A stretch of DNA of 64,000 nt. It comes from Balanoglossus misakiensis. Lineage: Eukaryota > Animalia > Hemichordata. Location of the stretch: positions 9,877,061-9,941,060 of the forward strand of contig CM082584.2 of assembly GCA_040954595.2 (NCBI GenBank), written 5' to 3'. Made by a program: the position numbers and the translations under genes. A model generated the notes under the pieces. That model saw nothing but the letters and a program-made list of their open reading frames with translations, did not search any database and was not told where the DNA came from. This document shows positions 11,263 through 32,070 of this stretch, one piece after another (position 1 is the stretch's first letter; each line of letters opens with the position of its first letter).

Positions 11263-11344
11263 TGGGTGCCTCATGCGTACCTGGGCATTCCTCGGGCGGT
11301 GTTCGGTCAATAGCACTGGAAGACAGGTTCCGAAGTTCTGAAAG

Positions 11345-18059
<6,715 letters not shown>

Positions 18060-18123
18060 AGAAGGTACCCGGCTGACGTCACTATCAGTATTCGAAAGCA
18101 CATATTAATGAAATAACCAACGC

Positions 18124-18188
18124 GTCCGGTCCCCTGCCCCGTTGCCGCCGCTGGCTGCGCTTCGGTAGAAAGGGGCAGGGAACCAGAC
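18124..18188. repeat. Short inverted repeat (hairpin) in the CAP 3' UTR
   Basis: GTCCGGTCCCCTGCCCC ... GGGGCAGGGAACCAGAC, 17-bp arms with 2 mismatches, between the stop (18059) and AATAAA (18212); also at about 30611-30675. Confidence 0.6.
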
Positions 18189-18876
18189 TGCTGTGTATTT
18201 GGAAATTACTTAATAAAAAAAACTGTCATTTTTGGACCAATAGTTTTTTGTGTGTTTTAGCGAAGGGAATGTGAAAGGGACATATCAAATTCAATTCTAC
18301 TGTTGATATTATATATAATATGATGGTCATGACCATCGTGAGAAAAACCTCTGTCATATCTGCATACGCCGTATAACCTGAAAATCTAACAATAAAGTCC
18401 CACGATTTGTGTAATTAGATTACTAAAATTGTCAGAAAGATATTATTTTTTTAACTCATTGTGAAAATAAAATGTGGAAAGGGACAATGGTCGAGTCTAG
18501 TTTTTATTGCTACCCTTCCCCACATTTAGATGGAAATGGATTTCCCCGAGCTACTCCTTCCTCCAGGGCATGGGCAAAAATCTTCCCCGTGAGGGGGGAG
18601 GGGGGCATTGCTGTGACTTACGCCGTGAGTGCAGTCTCGGTCGACTCTTGGCTGCCTCAAGGAGCGTGCGCAATTGACGGCGCCCTCTGGAGAGGCAACG
18701 CACCCATGGGAAATGATCCAGCTATGCACCGTGCAAGTACGTTCATAAACCAATTCATTGACGCTAGGGGGCGGGTTACTCCCCGATTACAATGCTGGCT
18801 CTTTTAGTTTAATCCGTAGTACATGTCAAATAAACCTTCAAGATGAATGAAATGCCGATTTACTTTCTTGTGTAAA

Positions 18877-19745
18877 GGATAATGTGAGAGTGGATTGCAA
18901 TCGTTCAGATATTGAACGACATGAGAGCTGTAGGCTCGAGTGAAGTTCGATATCTGTACGATTGAAAACACGAGTACATTGTCCGGTTCACAACACGTAA
19001 CATTATGACTACATCTGTGATCTTGGTATGCTAAACAACTCAGTCACATCAACCAATTATACAAGCTTCAAAGAATGCACCTGGTGAATGACACACTTCG
19101 ATTGGATAGTTGTCAATCAGCGCATCTGTCGGATGGTCAGTGAGGTGCCACGTTTCCGTCATCGTTCGGAACTCAAATCTTTGACTTGCAAAATTCGTGG
19201 CTGGAAGTAGTGACGAGAACGACCTATTCGTTATCCAGAACAATTTCCGACAAGCAAGTGAACGCGAAGGGCGTAGCTTTCACGATATGGACTGGATTTT
19301 CCAAGATTTTGGTAGCCTCATTGAAGAGAATGTACATAAACCATCGGTCATGGAAAGTGTCCTGCCGAAAATCAAGGGTGCCTTTCTCCTGGCCTGCAGC
19401 CCCCATCCTCTACTGTAAGTACTATTTTTCTGTCATTTTGTCTCGGAACTTGTACATTTATAGTCGTGTTATTATATTGATTAGGATTTTTTTCGAATTT
19501 TGTAACTCGGCGTTAACCCAAGAAAATTCTGCTACGTCGAGAAAATTACCGAAACTTTCGGGCGAAACCGCGTGCGAGGTGAAATGAAACCCTAGTATAG
19601 CGTCGAGCCAAGGGCAGTCACCTGGAAGCATTTTTCTTGCCGGAAAACGGCGGCATTTCTTCGTATTACTCGGTTACATTGCAATATCTGGATATGGCAC
19701 ACTGCAGCAGTGCAATATCTCAGCGGACGAAATAATGCAATAATA
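18877..19745. mobile_element. Dispersed repeat copy 2 (chimeric junction copy) with ~40-bp-arm imperfect hairpin at its left end
   Basis: Hairpin 18877-18984 (GGATAATGTG...CAATCGTTCAGATATTGAAC / GTTCGATATCTGTACGATTG...CATTGTCC). The left part matches copy 3 and the right part matches copy 1. Confidence 0.55.
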
Positions 19746-19823
19746 TCCCATGAGAACAAGGAGTCAGGGCGCGTGTAGTGATGTAACTGTGTATAATTAT
19801 CTCCTGTGCAATATTCAACTCAC

Positions 19824-21607
19824 CAGAAACACCTCTTGGGGAAACTCCTGCGAGCTGTTTGTGTTGTTATAGTTTAGAATGGTCTCCATGATTAGAGCTC
19901 CTTGAAACTGACTTCTGGCAGTTTGGCTGATGTTCAGAAACGGTTCTAGCCACTCATTCACAAAGTGCTTGCTGCCGACGCTGATGTCATCGGGGACTAT
20001 AAGTGATTAAAAATTGAATTGGTCAGAGAGCTGAAGGATCTTCAAATGATGGTGTTGGTTGTGATGATGATGATGAAATTTCGCACAGCGACTTCAAATT
20101 AAAGTCGCGTTTGTCAGCTAAGATGATAATGAATTAACGAGTAAAAACAAAACTTTACCAGTTTGATACTCTTCCAAGTCAAATGCAACAAACATTACGG
20201 TGTTCACGGGTTCGCAGAGCCCCTTTGTTACCATGACAGCGGCTTCCAAGAGAAGCGCTACGCCTGATCCGTTGTCATCAACGCCAGGAGTCGTTGCCGT
20301 TGTGTCGTAGTGCGCCCCCAAGAGTACAACATTGTCCTGGGGGGTTCCGATGGATTTTCCCTCCAGAACACCGACGATATTGACCCCCTCATACTGTTGG
20401 ATAAATCATGCAAATAACATGAAACATTTGGTCCTTGGTGTTCTCGTCTGCTGCGAGATAAGCGGTGATACCAAAACGAGACTTGAATAGGGGAAACTTC
20501 TTCTCTCATTCTCACAATGGAAAAGAGAAGTAGACAAGTAAAAAACAAACTTTAGTCTGTATTCGACAAATCGTTACCTCGTCGTTTGTACCCGAGAATT
20601 CCTGGAGCTCGACCTTTAGGTGGCAGCCTTCCAGGGATTCCTTGATATAATTCCTGACGTTGTCTTTGTTGAATTCGTTGACATCATGGTGTCTGTTTTT
20701 ATCCAAATGTTCTTCAAGGCGCTGACGTAACTTTGAGCCAAGCTCCTGTAGGTCGCCCTCTCCGGCAGCAACCCATGAGATACAAGTCAGAACGATACCT
20801 GAGAAATGAAAAAATGTTTCTGTTTTTAGACATGTCTACTTCTCTTTCCTATTGTGATAATGAGAGAGGAAGTGAAACGGTATTGCCAGGCAACACAGTA
20901 TTGCCAGGCAACACGGTATTGCCAGCACAAACAACATCAACGACAACATCTACACTTATTTCAAGTTTGAATGCCGAAAGCAACCGTGTATGTTGGCGAT
21001 TCGCGTTCTCTGTAAAGAGTCAAAGGATTGACCCAAATTCCCGTCATCATGGGGTCACTGGAGGCGTTCAGTAAATGAATTTGAAACATCGTTCGTGACC
21101 TTTGTCCTTGACATAAAATAATGTCCAGTGCCGTTTCAAAGCAACCTACTGGCATTTCACAAGGCAGACAACATTCAGAATCATAGTGTCGAGTATGTAT
21201 GGCAGAATATTATTGCAATCACGTGTGACGGAATCCCGCGCTTTTGCACGTATCTTTAATGTGATATGATAAACGACAAGCCCGCACTGTCAGGGCGCCA
21301 CCAGGAAATACAGTTTTCCAATTCCCGCAGAAAGTACAGGAAAGGAAATAAACTCGCACGTATTGATATTTGACCAACGTAGTGCACAACTATACGCACA
21401 AAAATACCACTTTAAGAAAATTCAGGACTAATTGCCCAAGAAATTATACACAGAGCTTGGAATTTTGCGAATCAATCAAGAAGGGGTTTCACCAGCAACG
21501 GAAATTTAAATATATTCAACCAAATACACTTTAGGCAGGGATGGTCAGTCATGAGACGCAGACTTACCCGTAACCAAGAACAAACGCAGATACATTGAAG
21601 TCGCCAT
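19824..21607 (-). pseudogene. Partial duplicate of the M28 peptidase gene (exons 1-4 only); truncated copy or alternative 5' half
   Basis: Exons 21568-21607, 20578-20798, 20159-20393, 19824-19996 have the same lengths and intact splice sites as copy 1, with no stops. Exons 5-8 are absent because the duplication junction falls in intron 4. Confidence 0.8.
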
Positions 21608-24003
21608 GGTGACGTAGAAAGCATCCACTGTCTATTGCGTAGCTGGAACGCACAGTAGGCGGATTTTGGTATCAGTTGAAATTTGAAGACATGGATTGTC
21701 GGCCCTATATAAGTTGCACTTCAGTTCTAGAAGCGTGCGCATGCGCTTAGTACTAGCTCATGAAAATGACCTCGGCATTCGCAAGTGAATTTAAATTTCA
21801 AACAGAGCGTGGAATGTTTGCCGAAAGATGTACAGGGACCACCTCATTCTAATTTTATCAAGGCCTTTAAATGAAATAAAAAAAAAAAACACGTCTCCCC
21901 CCTTTTTTATAGAAATAACTCCCTATTCTCTCCTGCAATTCAGACACGCCGTGCATGTACATTGTTGATGTTTGTCATATCTAAGTGACAGCATTTCTAG
22001 AAATGTCGTGGCATCGTTCAGTTTCGTGTTCGCCATTGCATTACTGTCACTGTGATTGTGGCAAGGAACACAGTGAGGGTGGTTGATTGACGTTCGAGCC
22101 TACGTTGAGTACAGCGTCCCCAGCAGAGAGTCTGTGACACCGAGATTATCGCTGACTCGAAAATTTCTTCTTTGGATTCATCTCTGCAGACTGCAACGAA
22201 ATAGGCGTGTACGGAGGGATTTTATTTCAAAAAAGTAGATTTTGTAAAACGAGGCTAAAGTGGCTTTCTAAAAGCCGATCGGATGAGTGGGCGCTTTCAT
22301 GATTTTTCTCAGAAAAGCCGACTGTGGCCGTTTCGTAACCGACCATAATGCAAATGTTATTGCTGTTTGTGATTTACAAATGTAAGTAATTAGGCCTAAG
22401 GTATGTTCAATTCATCGTGTCGTCAGTTTTTCGTCAGTTTGGTTATGTTCGATTGACGATACAGAAACAGACTAAATGTATTATTGCTATATACAAATTC
22501 TTGCCCTGCAATAAAAGTCGATATTTCCTATTTTTATCACAAATTAACAGTGGTCTCGGGTGGAACATGAAACGGTCTATTGTTTTACCCATGAATAAAT
22601 CCAAAGCTCAAAGTAGACACTTTTCCTGCAATAAATTTGCTATTGTACAAGAATCAGGACTCTAAACACCAACCACATGGGAAGGTTATGTTATATTGCA
22701 CGTCCACTGTTACCAAGGTCACGCGTGTTTTGTTTTTGGTTGATTATTGTTCACATGAGGTTTACTTGGGCGGAGCAAAAGTCGCCATTGCATTGGCAGT
22801 AGTGATAATTTTTGTCTTGCACGATAAGATAGTTACAGATGCCTAATTCACTGAAACATATATCGCCACCCTGCTTGCATGTTTACAAGGTGTGAAATAC
22901 CTGAATGACACATACTATATGGTTCACACCAGAAAATGGCATGTGATGTTTTTCCATGCATTGCTGCATATCGATCTAAGCTGAGTTTGAGTGACAGGTG
23001 ATGACTCAGCATTTGTCTTGGTACCAGCAGACTATAAATACAAAAGACTCGCTGAAATCACATCATGCACGACCAGACGTTTGCGCCGTCTTTGTTCAGA
23101 TTTCAATGCATTAGAGTAAGCACCTTCACATAACGTTGTCTAGGCATTTTCTTCCTGAAAAGAGATTAGCTAGGTACCTAGAATCATGACAGATCAATCG
23201 TAAAACCGACTAACGAGAAGCTTTTATTCAGCGCCACTGAATTAAAATATGCACATGTATCTATGTTGAATAACAAAGATGTTTACTGTCGTTTCCCACG
23301 CAAACTATCCAAATTCTCATTTTCCCACAGAGAAGTAACACGGACCTTGGGGGCCATAATGAAACTCAATTATCATAAAAGTCCCCCCGTTATTGGTTCT
23401 ATAAACCAAAATCTTCCAAGATTATCCCTCCCGAATTCCTTTCCGATTTCCCAACAGGGAGGACGTAAAGTGCACGTAACTAGTCGATTGTAACTATTTT
23501 GGAATAATTGCCTGGTAGCCTGCCTCGGTGACAAACACCTATCTTCGTGACGCGTCTTGCTTAGTCACGTGAGACGCAGTGTTCAGCGAATTGGAATAAC
23601 TGCATTCTGATAAAATATGTGAAAAGCCCCATGCATTCGTCGGCATAATTGCGAGTTTCTTCGCAAATTCTCCGTTCGATTGACAGGACTTCGATAGTTC
23701 GCCAGCTTTATCAAATGATACTTGTAGATTTGACTAACAAGTTGCGCTTCAAGTTCGTTTCAATTCCTGAAACAGTGTTCCAAAGAACTCGTTACGTCAC
23801 TAAATGAATTCGTCACGGTCTGGGGATCCGAGACGGTCACTACGGATTGTTCATCTTCACAATGCCCCTTTCTTTTCACTTGACTTGCAAATAAGACGCA
23901 ATGAAATCCTCGTCCCAGTCCCTTTGTAACATTAATCCTAATTGTAAATGAGATTTAATGAACGAGTTGTCAAAATCTTAATGAGACACTAATGACTATC
24001 TAG

Positions 24004-24035
24004 TGACGTCACGGTAGACCCCCATCCTATATAAA
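24004..24035 (+). promoter_or_regulatory. Putative promoter of LDLa-CAP gene copy 2 (CRE + TATA)
   Basis: TGACGTCA at 24004-24011 and TATATAAA at 24028-24035, upstream of the ATG at 24118. Confidence 0.55.
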
Positions 24036-24117
24036 TGGGTGCCTCATGCGTACCTGGGCATTCCTCGGGCGGTGTTCGGTCAATAGCACTGGAAGACAGG
24101 TTCCGAAGTTCTGAAAG

Positions 24118-27100
24118 ATGAAGTCGTGGGTCGTTTTCCTTGCGGCAGCGGTGGTATGCTCTCAGCTGGTCGACGTTAAGTCGGCAAGTGTGGAAAAAAG
24201 TCTCGTGGTAAGACTGACGTTTCTGAGTGTTTCGTGCTATAACTTGTGCATGTGCCATGTCGTTTAGTAGATTGGAAGACGCTCGTTTTCTTCTTTCTGA
24301 AACTTTTTCGAGGAACATCATGAACGTAACTCCATGTTATCTGTGTCTATTCCTGTTATGTTTTTTCTCTTTCATAAAATGTATCGAAAAAAGAATTTTA
24401 TCCAATGATAACGCCGTCGGAACTACTGTGATCATAAAATCTTATAGCCTGAAATAATGTTCATATCAATGTTCTACCCCGCAATTCTGATATTTTTTTT
24501 ACTGAATATCGAAAGTATCAATGCCCTTTCATGGAATTTTGTTGGTTAAGAATACTTTTTGTCACAATGTTTGACCATTCACATAACCAGTCTCAGTTTA
24601 GAAAATATAATACCATTTGGGAGCGCAAGAAAAGTGCTGACTTGGGACCCTCTTTTTGTGTTTTTAATTCATCAACGTACGACATATTTTGAGAAAAAAA
24701 AACAGGACAATGATATTTTTTTTGTAAAATCTTGAGTGTGAGAAATGTATACATGTACCAGTTCGTCCTACGCGCCTTTAGTACTTTTCTCCTGTGGTAT
24801 GTCAATACAAATAAGTGCATAGCTTGTCAATTAAGTCTGTTTATCCGTTGCTATTAATAGTTGACAAGTGAATATTTACCCGGCTGTCACTTCAGTTGTC
24901 AACAGAAGAGTATTGCCAAATTTCACATATTTTTCCACTTAAACATACTTCAAATCTTCTTCCTATCCTTTAAAATCCTCACCATTGAGCGATATTACTT
25001 GCATTTGCATCAGTTTCCCGTCCCTAGCCGACGCATACCACGATAGCTGGGTACTGCTTTGTACGGAGGCTGATTAAATGGGTGCGGCACCCGGTTAAGA
25101 TATAGCGGGTTTAAATTGCAACAAATACAGTCAAAATCGGGGCGTCGATCAGATGTCCATGTATGCTTATCAGAAAGCTTATTTAGATGGACCGATTTAA
25201 GTTGGAAATAAAATAATGAAAATACTGCAAAAAGGTATACTATTGGGATTTTAAAGAAAGGAAGTTAAAGAAAGTTTTTCTTCCGTTTACTAAAGACACG
25301 TCCCGCGCTGTAATTCAAAGTAAGTGTATTGTGTGAATACCCCATACCTTAGGAATACAACTTCTGAGCATTAAAAGCCATAGGCCCCGATTGGATGGAA
25401 ATCTGTCCGCCCTGTTGGCTATAGGAGACGTTCAATGGCCAAATAACCATGATGAAATCGGGTAAACGATCACGTGGTTTCGCTTTATTGGATGGGGTGA
25501 GTTTAATTTCAGAAAAAAAAACCCACACGATCGCTGTGGGAATATACAAAATGTATGCAAATTCAGATCGGTCTCTATCATCAAGCCTGTGAGTTTTGTG
25601 TGTTTTGTTTCGTAATTTGCATGCCCTTGCAGCTTTTGACTCATTGTTTATAGGTCCTGACTTCTGAATTGTCTGTCTGAGTTTTTATAAGATGCGGCTT
25701 TGGAATTGCACAAGAGGTTTAATCATGGACCCTTTAGGAGAAGTCGTCTGTCCCCGTTCATCCAGGGTCTATGGTTGAACTCTGCGTGGATCGTTGATGT
25801 AGTCTCGCGAGAATTCGAATTACGTAAGGGGATTTAAAGCCGTCGTTATTTAGCCATGGCGTGGGAAAGGGCAATCCCACATGAACATGGACATCAATCA
25901 TAAACCCATGATGATTCTGCATAGGATAACACAACTGTTTCTGTAATTCCTTAAAGGGCGAGGCCCGATCGGCTAAAGTGTCCAGAAAATACATCGATGG
26001 CGGTGTGAAAAAAAGTCTCGAGGTAAGGCTGACGTTTCTGAATGTTTCGTGCTATAACTTGTGCATATGCCATGTCGTTTAGTAAATTGGACTTGCGCTT
26101 CCGGACAACGTTCGTTTTCTTCTTTCTGAAACTTTCTTCGAGGAACATCATGAAAGTAACTCCATGTTATCTGTGTCTATTCCTGTTATGTTTTTTCTCT
26201 CTCATAAAATGTATCGAAAAAAAAAGAATTTTATCCAATGATAACGCCGTCGGAACTACTGTGATAATAAAATCTTATAGCCTGAAATAATGTTCATATC
26301 AATGTTCTACCCCGCAATTCTGATATTTGTTTACTGAATATCGAAAGTATTAATGCCCTTTCATGGAATTTTGTTGGTTAAGAATACACTTTGTTACAAT
26401 GTTTGACCATTCACATAACCAGACTCAGTTTAAAAAAATATTATAACATTTGGGAGCGCAAGAAAAGTGCTGACTTGGGAATCCCTCAGACCCTCTTTTT
26501 GTGTTTTTAATTTACGACATATTTTGAGAGAGAGAAAAACAGGACAATGATACTTTTTTGTAAAATCTTGAGTGTGAGAAATGTATACATATACCAGTTC
26601 GTCCTACGCGCCTTTAGTACTTTTCTCCTGAGTTATGTCAATACAAATAAGTGCATGGGGTGAAAGTGTTAAGGGAAAGGGCAATCCCACATGAACATGG
26701 ACATCAATCATAAACCCATGATGATTCTGCATAGGATAACACAACTGTTTCTGTAATTCCTTAAAGGGCGACACCCGTCCGGCTAAGTTGACTAGAAAAG
26801 ACGCCGAAATCACGAAGCTCGAACGGGCGCTGAAATTACGAGGTTGGTAAAAAGTCAATAAGGGACTGGTCAGTTTCTTTGGCCTGGGGAGGGGGTGGTG
26901 GATTCATTGGGGAAGTCATCCTGTTTCGGAATCGAGTGACAGGGGGGGGGAAGGGTCACCAACTTTTCCATGTTCAATGGGGGGTGGGGTCAGTCACTTT
27001 TGGATATCCACAAAATAGAATCCATCCCCAAGTGAAGAAACTTAACAGTCAATATGCAAGTGCACTAGCACGCGCACATATTTTATTATCAGGTCACTCT

Positions 27101-27133
27101 CAGCAAGTACCGCGACTCAGAACACTGAAGACG

Positions 27134-27228
<95 letters not shown>

Positions 27229-28402
27229 TATCATCATCATCATCATCATCATTTTACAAAAACACCGGTGTTGAAGGGGTCTAGGGATGTGATTTTACTG
27301 ATAAAAACAATGTTTCATTTTCAGGCAATGCTGCCTATTACGACTCCAACGGATGTGCGCGATGGTTTCCTGATTATCCATATAAGTGCGCGGACGGCAG
27401 CACGTGTATCCCAGAGCGCAACCTCTGCGATGGCCACACTTTGTGTGGTGATGGCAGTGATGAAGTAGACTGTCCCAGTGGTGGTGATGGTGGTGGAGGA
27501 GACGCTGGTGGTTAGTATTTGGTTCCTCTTTACAAGAATGAGACGTTTCGTATGCACACGCTCGTCTAGTACATACATACATACATACATACATACATAC
27601 ATACATACATACATACATACATACATACATACATACATACATACATACATACATACATACATACATACATACATACATACATACATACATACATACATAC
27701 ATACATACATACATACATACATACATACATACATACATACATACATACATACATACATACATACATACATACATACATACATACATACATACATACATAC
27801 ATACATACATACATACATACATACATACATACATACATACATACATACATACATACATACATACATACATACATACATACATACATACACACACATACAC
27901 ACATACATACTAGTAGATGCTACATGCATATACAAACAAACAAACAAACAAACAAACAAAACAAACAAACAAACAAACAAAACGTGTTGGCAAGTGGAGC
28001 TTTACTTATGAATTTTTAAATTCTGTTTCTCGTAGATCCCGCTTACTATGACGCCAATGGATGTGCTTCTTGGTTTCCTGATTTTCCCTACAGATGTAAG
28101 GACGGTTCTTCCTGCATATCGGATTCGAATATATGCGACGGTCACACTCTCTGTGGCGACGGTAGTGACGAAGTTGGCTGTTCAGATAACGGAGGCGGAA
28201 ACGGAGGTGATAATGGTGGCGATAATGGTGGCGATAATGGTGGTGATAATGGTGGTGATAATGGTGGAAGTTCTGGTAAGTAAAACCACAGTCCCTACAA
28301 CTTAAAACCTGTTTTACGGCAAGAAAAACAACAGCAAATAGCTGTTTCCAGAACACTTCAATATATTTGGTGTTTATTTAATTTCCACCAAATTACGAGA
28401 GA

Positions 28403-28453
<51 letters not shown>

Positions 28454-30546
28454 GTTTTCTGAGATTTGATGACATTCGTGTACATGAATATCAAAATGTA
28501 AATTCAAAATCTTGTCATCTTGGTCGAAAAATATCGTCAGCGTGATTTCCTTGCAATAGATCGATGTCAAGTCACATATACAACAAGCCACTACTTCCAC
28601 TATCATAACGCTTGAAGAGGGCGCACTAACCACATGAATGTCTGTTTGTACTCTTCAGACAAGGCTTATTACGACCAAAGCGGCTGTGCCAGCTGGTTTC
28701 CAGACAGTCCCTATAAATGCATTGACGGATCGATGTGTCTACAAGAAAAACAACTCTGCGATGGTCTGGGCCAGTGTGGGGACTTCACTGATGAAGTCGA
28801 TTGTGGTGCGTATGCCATTACGATCTTCCGAATTTACCTGGTACTATTTTCTGATTACACCGTAGCTTTTTAAAATATCTTTTATGGATAATATCCCTGA
28901 TGAATTTACAGTATAAAAAATCATAAACCACATTCTAAATGCGCAACAACACTGTCCATTTGAATACAGACACTTGAATTTAATCTGTAAAAGTCTAGTA
29001 ATTTCGTTTTCTCGAGTAAAGGTTAACGTTGTGGATGATATTCGTCAGGTGTCATTCAAGAATCTTTCAAATGTCGGAATCTGAGCAAATTAAAGAAATC
29101 TCTGAGGTCAGAAAATTACAAATATGAACACGCGAAAAAGGTCAGAAAAGAGAAAAGATGACGACAGTCAAGCAAACCAGACTTTCTATTTGCCATGCGT
29201 GAAGTTCACAGAGTTGTTTGTTTGTTTGTTGCAGGGTATGGGGAAACTGACGCCAATGGTTGCACGAAGCCCAACCAAAGAGGAAGCAACGGCATGTCCA
29301 ATCTACACGACCAGCTACTGGAGGCCCACAACTACTTCCGCTGTCTGCACGGCGTGTCTGCCATGACATGGGACAGCAGTTTGGCCAGCACGGGTCAGAC
29401 AGTCTCCGATGGCAACGCAGCATTGGGCAAGTTGGAACACAGCAGCTACGGCTATGGTGAAAATCTTGCCATGGCTGGATTGTCTTCAGTCGACAATGCC
29501 TCAGGTTTGTTCTTTCCCATGTTGTTTCCTTTTTAGTCTAACGCAGTTGATATACAGAGGCAGAAACAAGGGCAAATAAAAATAGCCACCATAAGTTGGA
29601 GTTAATGGAGCTCTTAACTTATCACTATGTGCATTTCTTTGTGTAGGATATGGTTTCGTGAAAATGTGGTATGACGAAATTGAGCTGTACAACTACAATA
29701 ACCCTGGCTTCTCTATGGGCACTGGTAAGATATTTGCATGATTAGTACAGCCAAGTGTTTTTTTTTCAACTTTACAAACGGTACTTTTAACTTAGCATGA
29801 TTCCAGCATTCGTGAGTGAAACGTATTGCAAAGTCAATGTTGTGTTCTGAACCCATTTACTGATTAAATTTACGCGACTGAATTTATTTTCGCGAAAGCC
29901 GCGTAATTTAATCCACGCTAATAATTTGATGCGGTTTCCAGTACATGCAATGTTCCAAATGGTCGAGTTTGCTTTGTGTTTGGTCAGTTAATTAGTTCTC
30001 CCTGTGTGTAAATTAAATTTATGTAATTTTGAGAAATGAATGAATGAGTGAGTGAGTGAGTGAGTGAGTGAGTGAGTGAGTGAGTGGGTGAGTGAGTGAG
30101 TGAGTGAATGAGTGAGTGAATGAGTGAATGAATGAATGAATGAATGAATGAATGAATGAATGAAAGAATGTATGAATGAATGAATGAATGAATGAATGAA
30201 TGAATGAATGAATGAATGAATGAATGAATGTAGCTATAAATCTAATTTTTTTTAACCATGCACATTTTATTTCAAAATATGATTATTTATTTGAAATAAT
30301 TATTTAACTATTCAAATTTATATTTATCCATTTGTTCATTTAAAATGGCTTTCAAGTTGTAATTACAATCTTTGTTTGCTTGCTTGCTTGCTTACAGGAC
30401 ATTTCACCCAGGTGGTTTGGAAGAACAGTCAGAGACTCGGTTGTGGCATTACAGAGAGTGGTGGCTCCGTATACGTGGCTTGTGAATATAGCCCATCCGG
30501 TAATTACGCAGGCCAGTTCCCGGCCAACGTACTGCAACCTTTGTAA
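24118..30546 (+). CDS. Secreted LDLa x3 + CAP-domain protein, copy 2 (near-identical tandem duplicate)
   Basis: Exons 24118-24207, 27325-27510, 28036-28275, 28659-28805, 29235-29504, 29647-29724, 30398-30546. By eye it differs from copy 1 by H>R in LDLa1, one extra GGDN linker unit (+12 nt) and two synonymous changes. Confidence 0.85.
27134..27252 (+). repeat. (ATC)n microsatellite, unit 2
   Basis: Trinucleotide run with one interruption. Confidence 0.95.
27570..27982 (+). repeat. Expanded (TACA)n (~80 units) + (CAAA)n microsatellite, unit 2
   Basis: The TACA tract is about three times longer than in unit 1; the CAAA tract is shorter. Confidence 0.95.
30036..30230 (+). repeat. (GAAT)n/(GAGT)n microsatellite, unit 2
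   Basis: Directly visible. Confidence 0.95.
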
Positions 30547-31357
30547 AGAAGGTACCCGGCTGACGTCACTATCAGTATTCGGAAGCACATATTAATGAAA
30601 TAACCAACGCGTCCGGTCCCCTGCCCCGTTGCCGCCGCTGGCTGCGCTTCGGTAGAAAGGGGCAGGGAACCAGACTGCTGTGTATTTGGAAATTACTTAA
30701 TAAAAAAAAACTGTCATTTTTGGACCAATAGTTTTTTGTGTGTTTTAGCGAAGGGAATGTGAAAGGGACATATCAAATTCAATTCTACTGTTGATATTAT
30801 ATATAATATGATGGTCATGACCATCGTGAGAAAAACCTCTGTCATATCTGCATACGCCGTATAACCTGAAAATCTAACAATAAAGTCCCACGATTTGTGT
30901 AATTAGATTACTAAAATTGTCAGAAAGATATTATTTTTTTAACTCATTGTGAAAATAAAATGTGGAAAGGGACAATGGTCGAGTCTAGTTTTTATTGCTA
31001 CCCTTCCCCACATTTAGATGGAAATGGATTTCCCCGAGCTACTCCTTCCTCCAGGGCATGGGCAAAAATCTTCCCCGTGAGGGGGGGGGGGGGGGTCATT
31101 GCTGTGACGTACGCCGTGAGTGCAGTCTCGGTCGACTCTTGGCTGCCTCAAGGAGCGTGCGCAATTGACGGCGCCCTCTGGAGAAGCAACGCACCCATGG
31201 GAAATGATCAAGCTATGCACCGTGCATGTACGTTCATTTTGACGCTAGGGGGCGGGTTACTCCCCGATTACAATGCTGGCTCTTTTAGTTTAATCCGTAG
31301 TACATGTCAAATAAACCTTCAAGATGAATGAAATGCCGATTTACTTTCTTGTGTAAA

Positions 31358-32070
31358 GGATAATGTGCAAGTGGATTGCAATCGTTCAGATATTGAACGA
31401 CATGAGAGCTGTAGGCTCGAGTGAAGTTCGATATCTGTACGATTGAAAACACGAGTACATTGTCCGGTTCACAACACGTAACATTATGACTACATCTGTG
31501 ATCTTGGTATGCTAAACAACTCAGTCACATCAACCAATTATACAAGCTTCAAAGAATGCACCTGGTGAATGACACACTTCGATTGGATAGTTGTCAATCA
31601 GCGCATCTGTCAGATGGTCAGTGAGGTGCCACGTTTCCATCATCATTCGGAACTCAAATCTTTGACTTGCAAAATTCGTGGCTGGAACGACCTATTCATT
31701 ATCCAGAGCAATTTCCGACACGCAAGTGAACGCGAAGGGCGTAGCTTTCACGATATGGACTGGATTTTCCAAGATTTTGGTAGCCTCATTGAAGAGAATA
31801 TACATAAACCATCGGTCATGGAAAGTGTCCTGCCGAAAATCAAGGGTGCCTTTCTCCTGGCCTGCAGCCGCCATTGCGCACATCCTCTACTGTAAGTACC
31901 ATTTTTTCTGTCATTTTGTCTCGGAAATTGTAAATTTGTAGTTTTATACTGATTAAGAATTTTCGATTGTACGTCAGCGTAGCCGTAGGCACTTCAGGGA
32001 AATTCTGGTACGTCGGAAAACAAACCCCAAAATTTCGCTTGAAAATTTCAAGCGAACCGTGTGCGAGGTT
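31358..32070. mobile_element. Dispersed repeat copy 3, downstream of CAP copy 2
   Basis: Same hairpin (31358-31465) and body. Similarity to copy 1 drops after about 31940, but patches persist (AATTCTG.TACGTCG.AAA; AACCG.GTGCGAGGT) to about 32070. Confidence 0.5.

Noticed and set aside
20877-20925. CRISPR-like or coding interpretation of the 18-bp palindromic repeats
   Set aside because: No spacers, under three units, in a eukaryotic intron.
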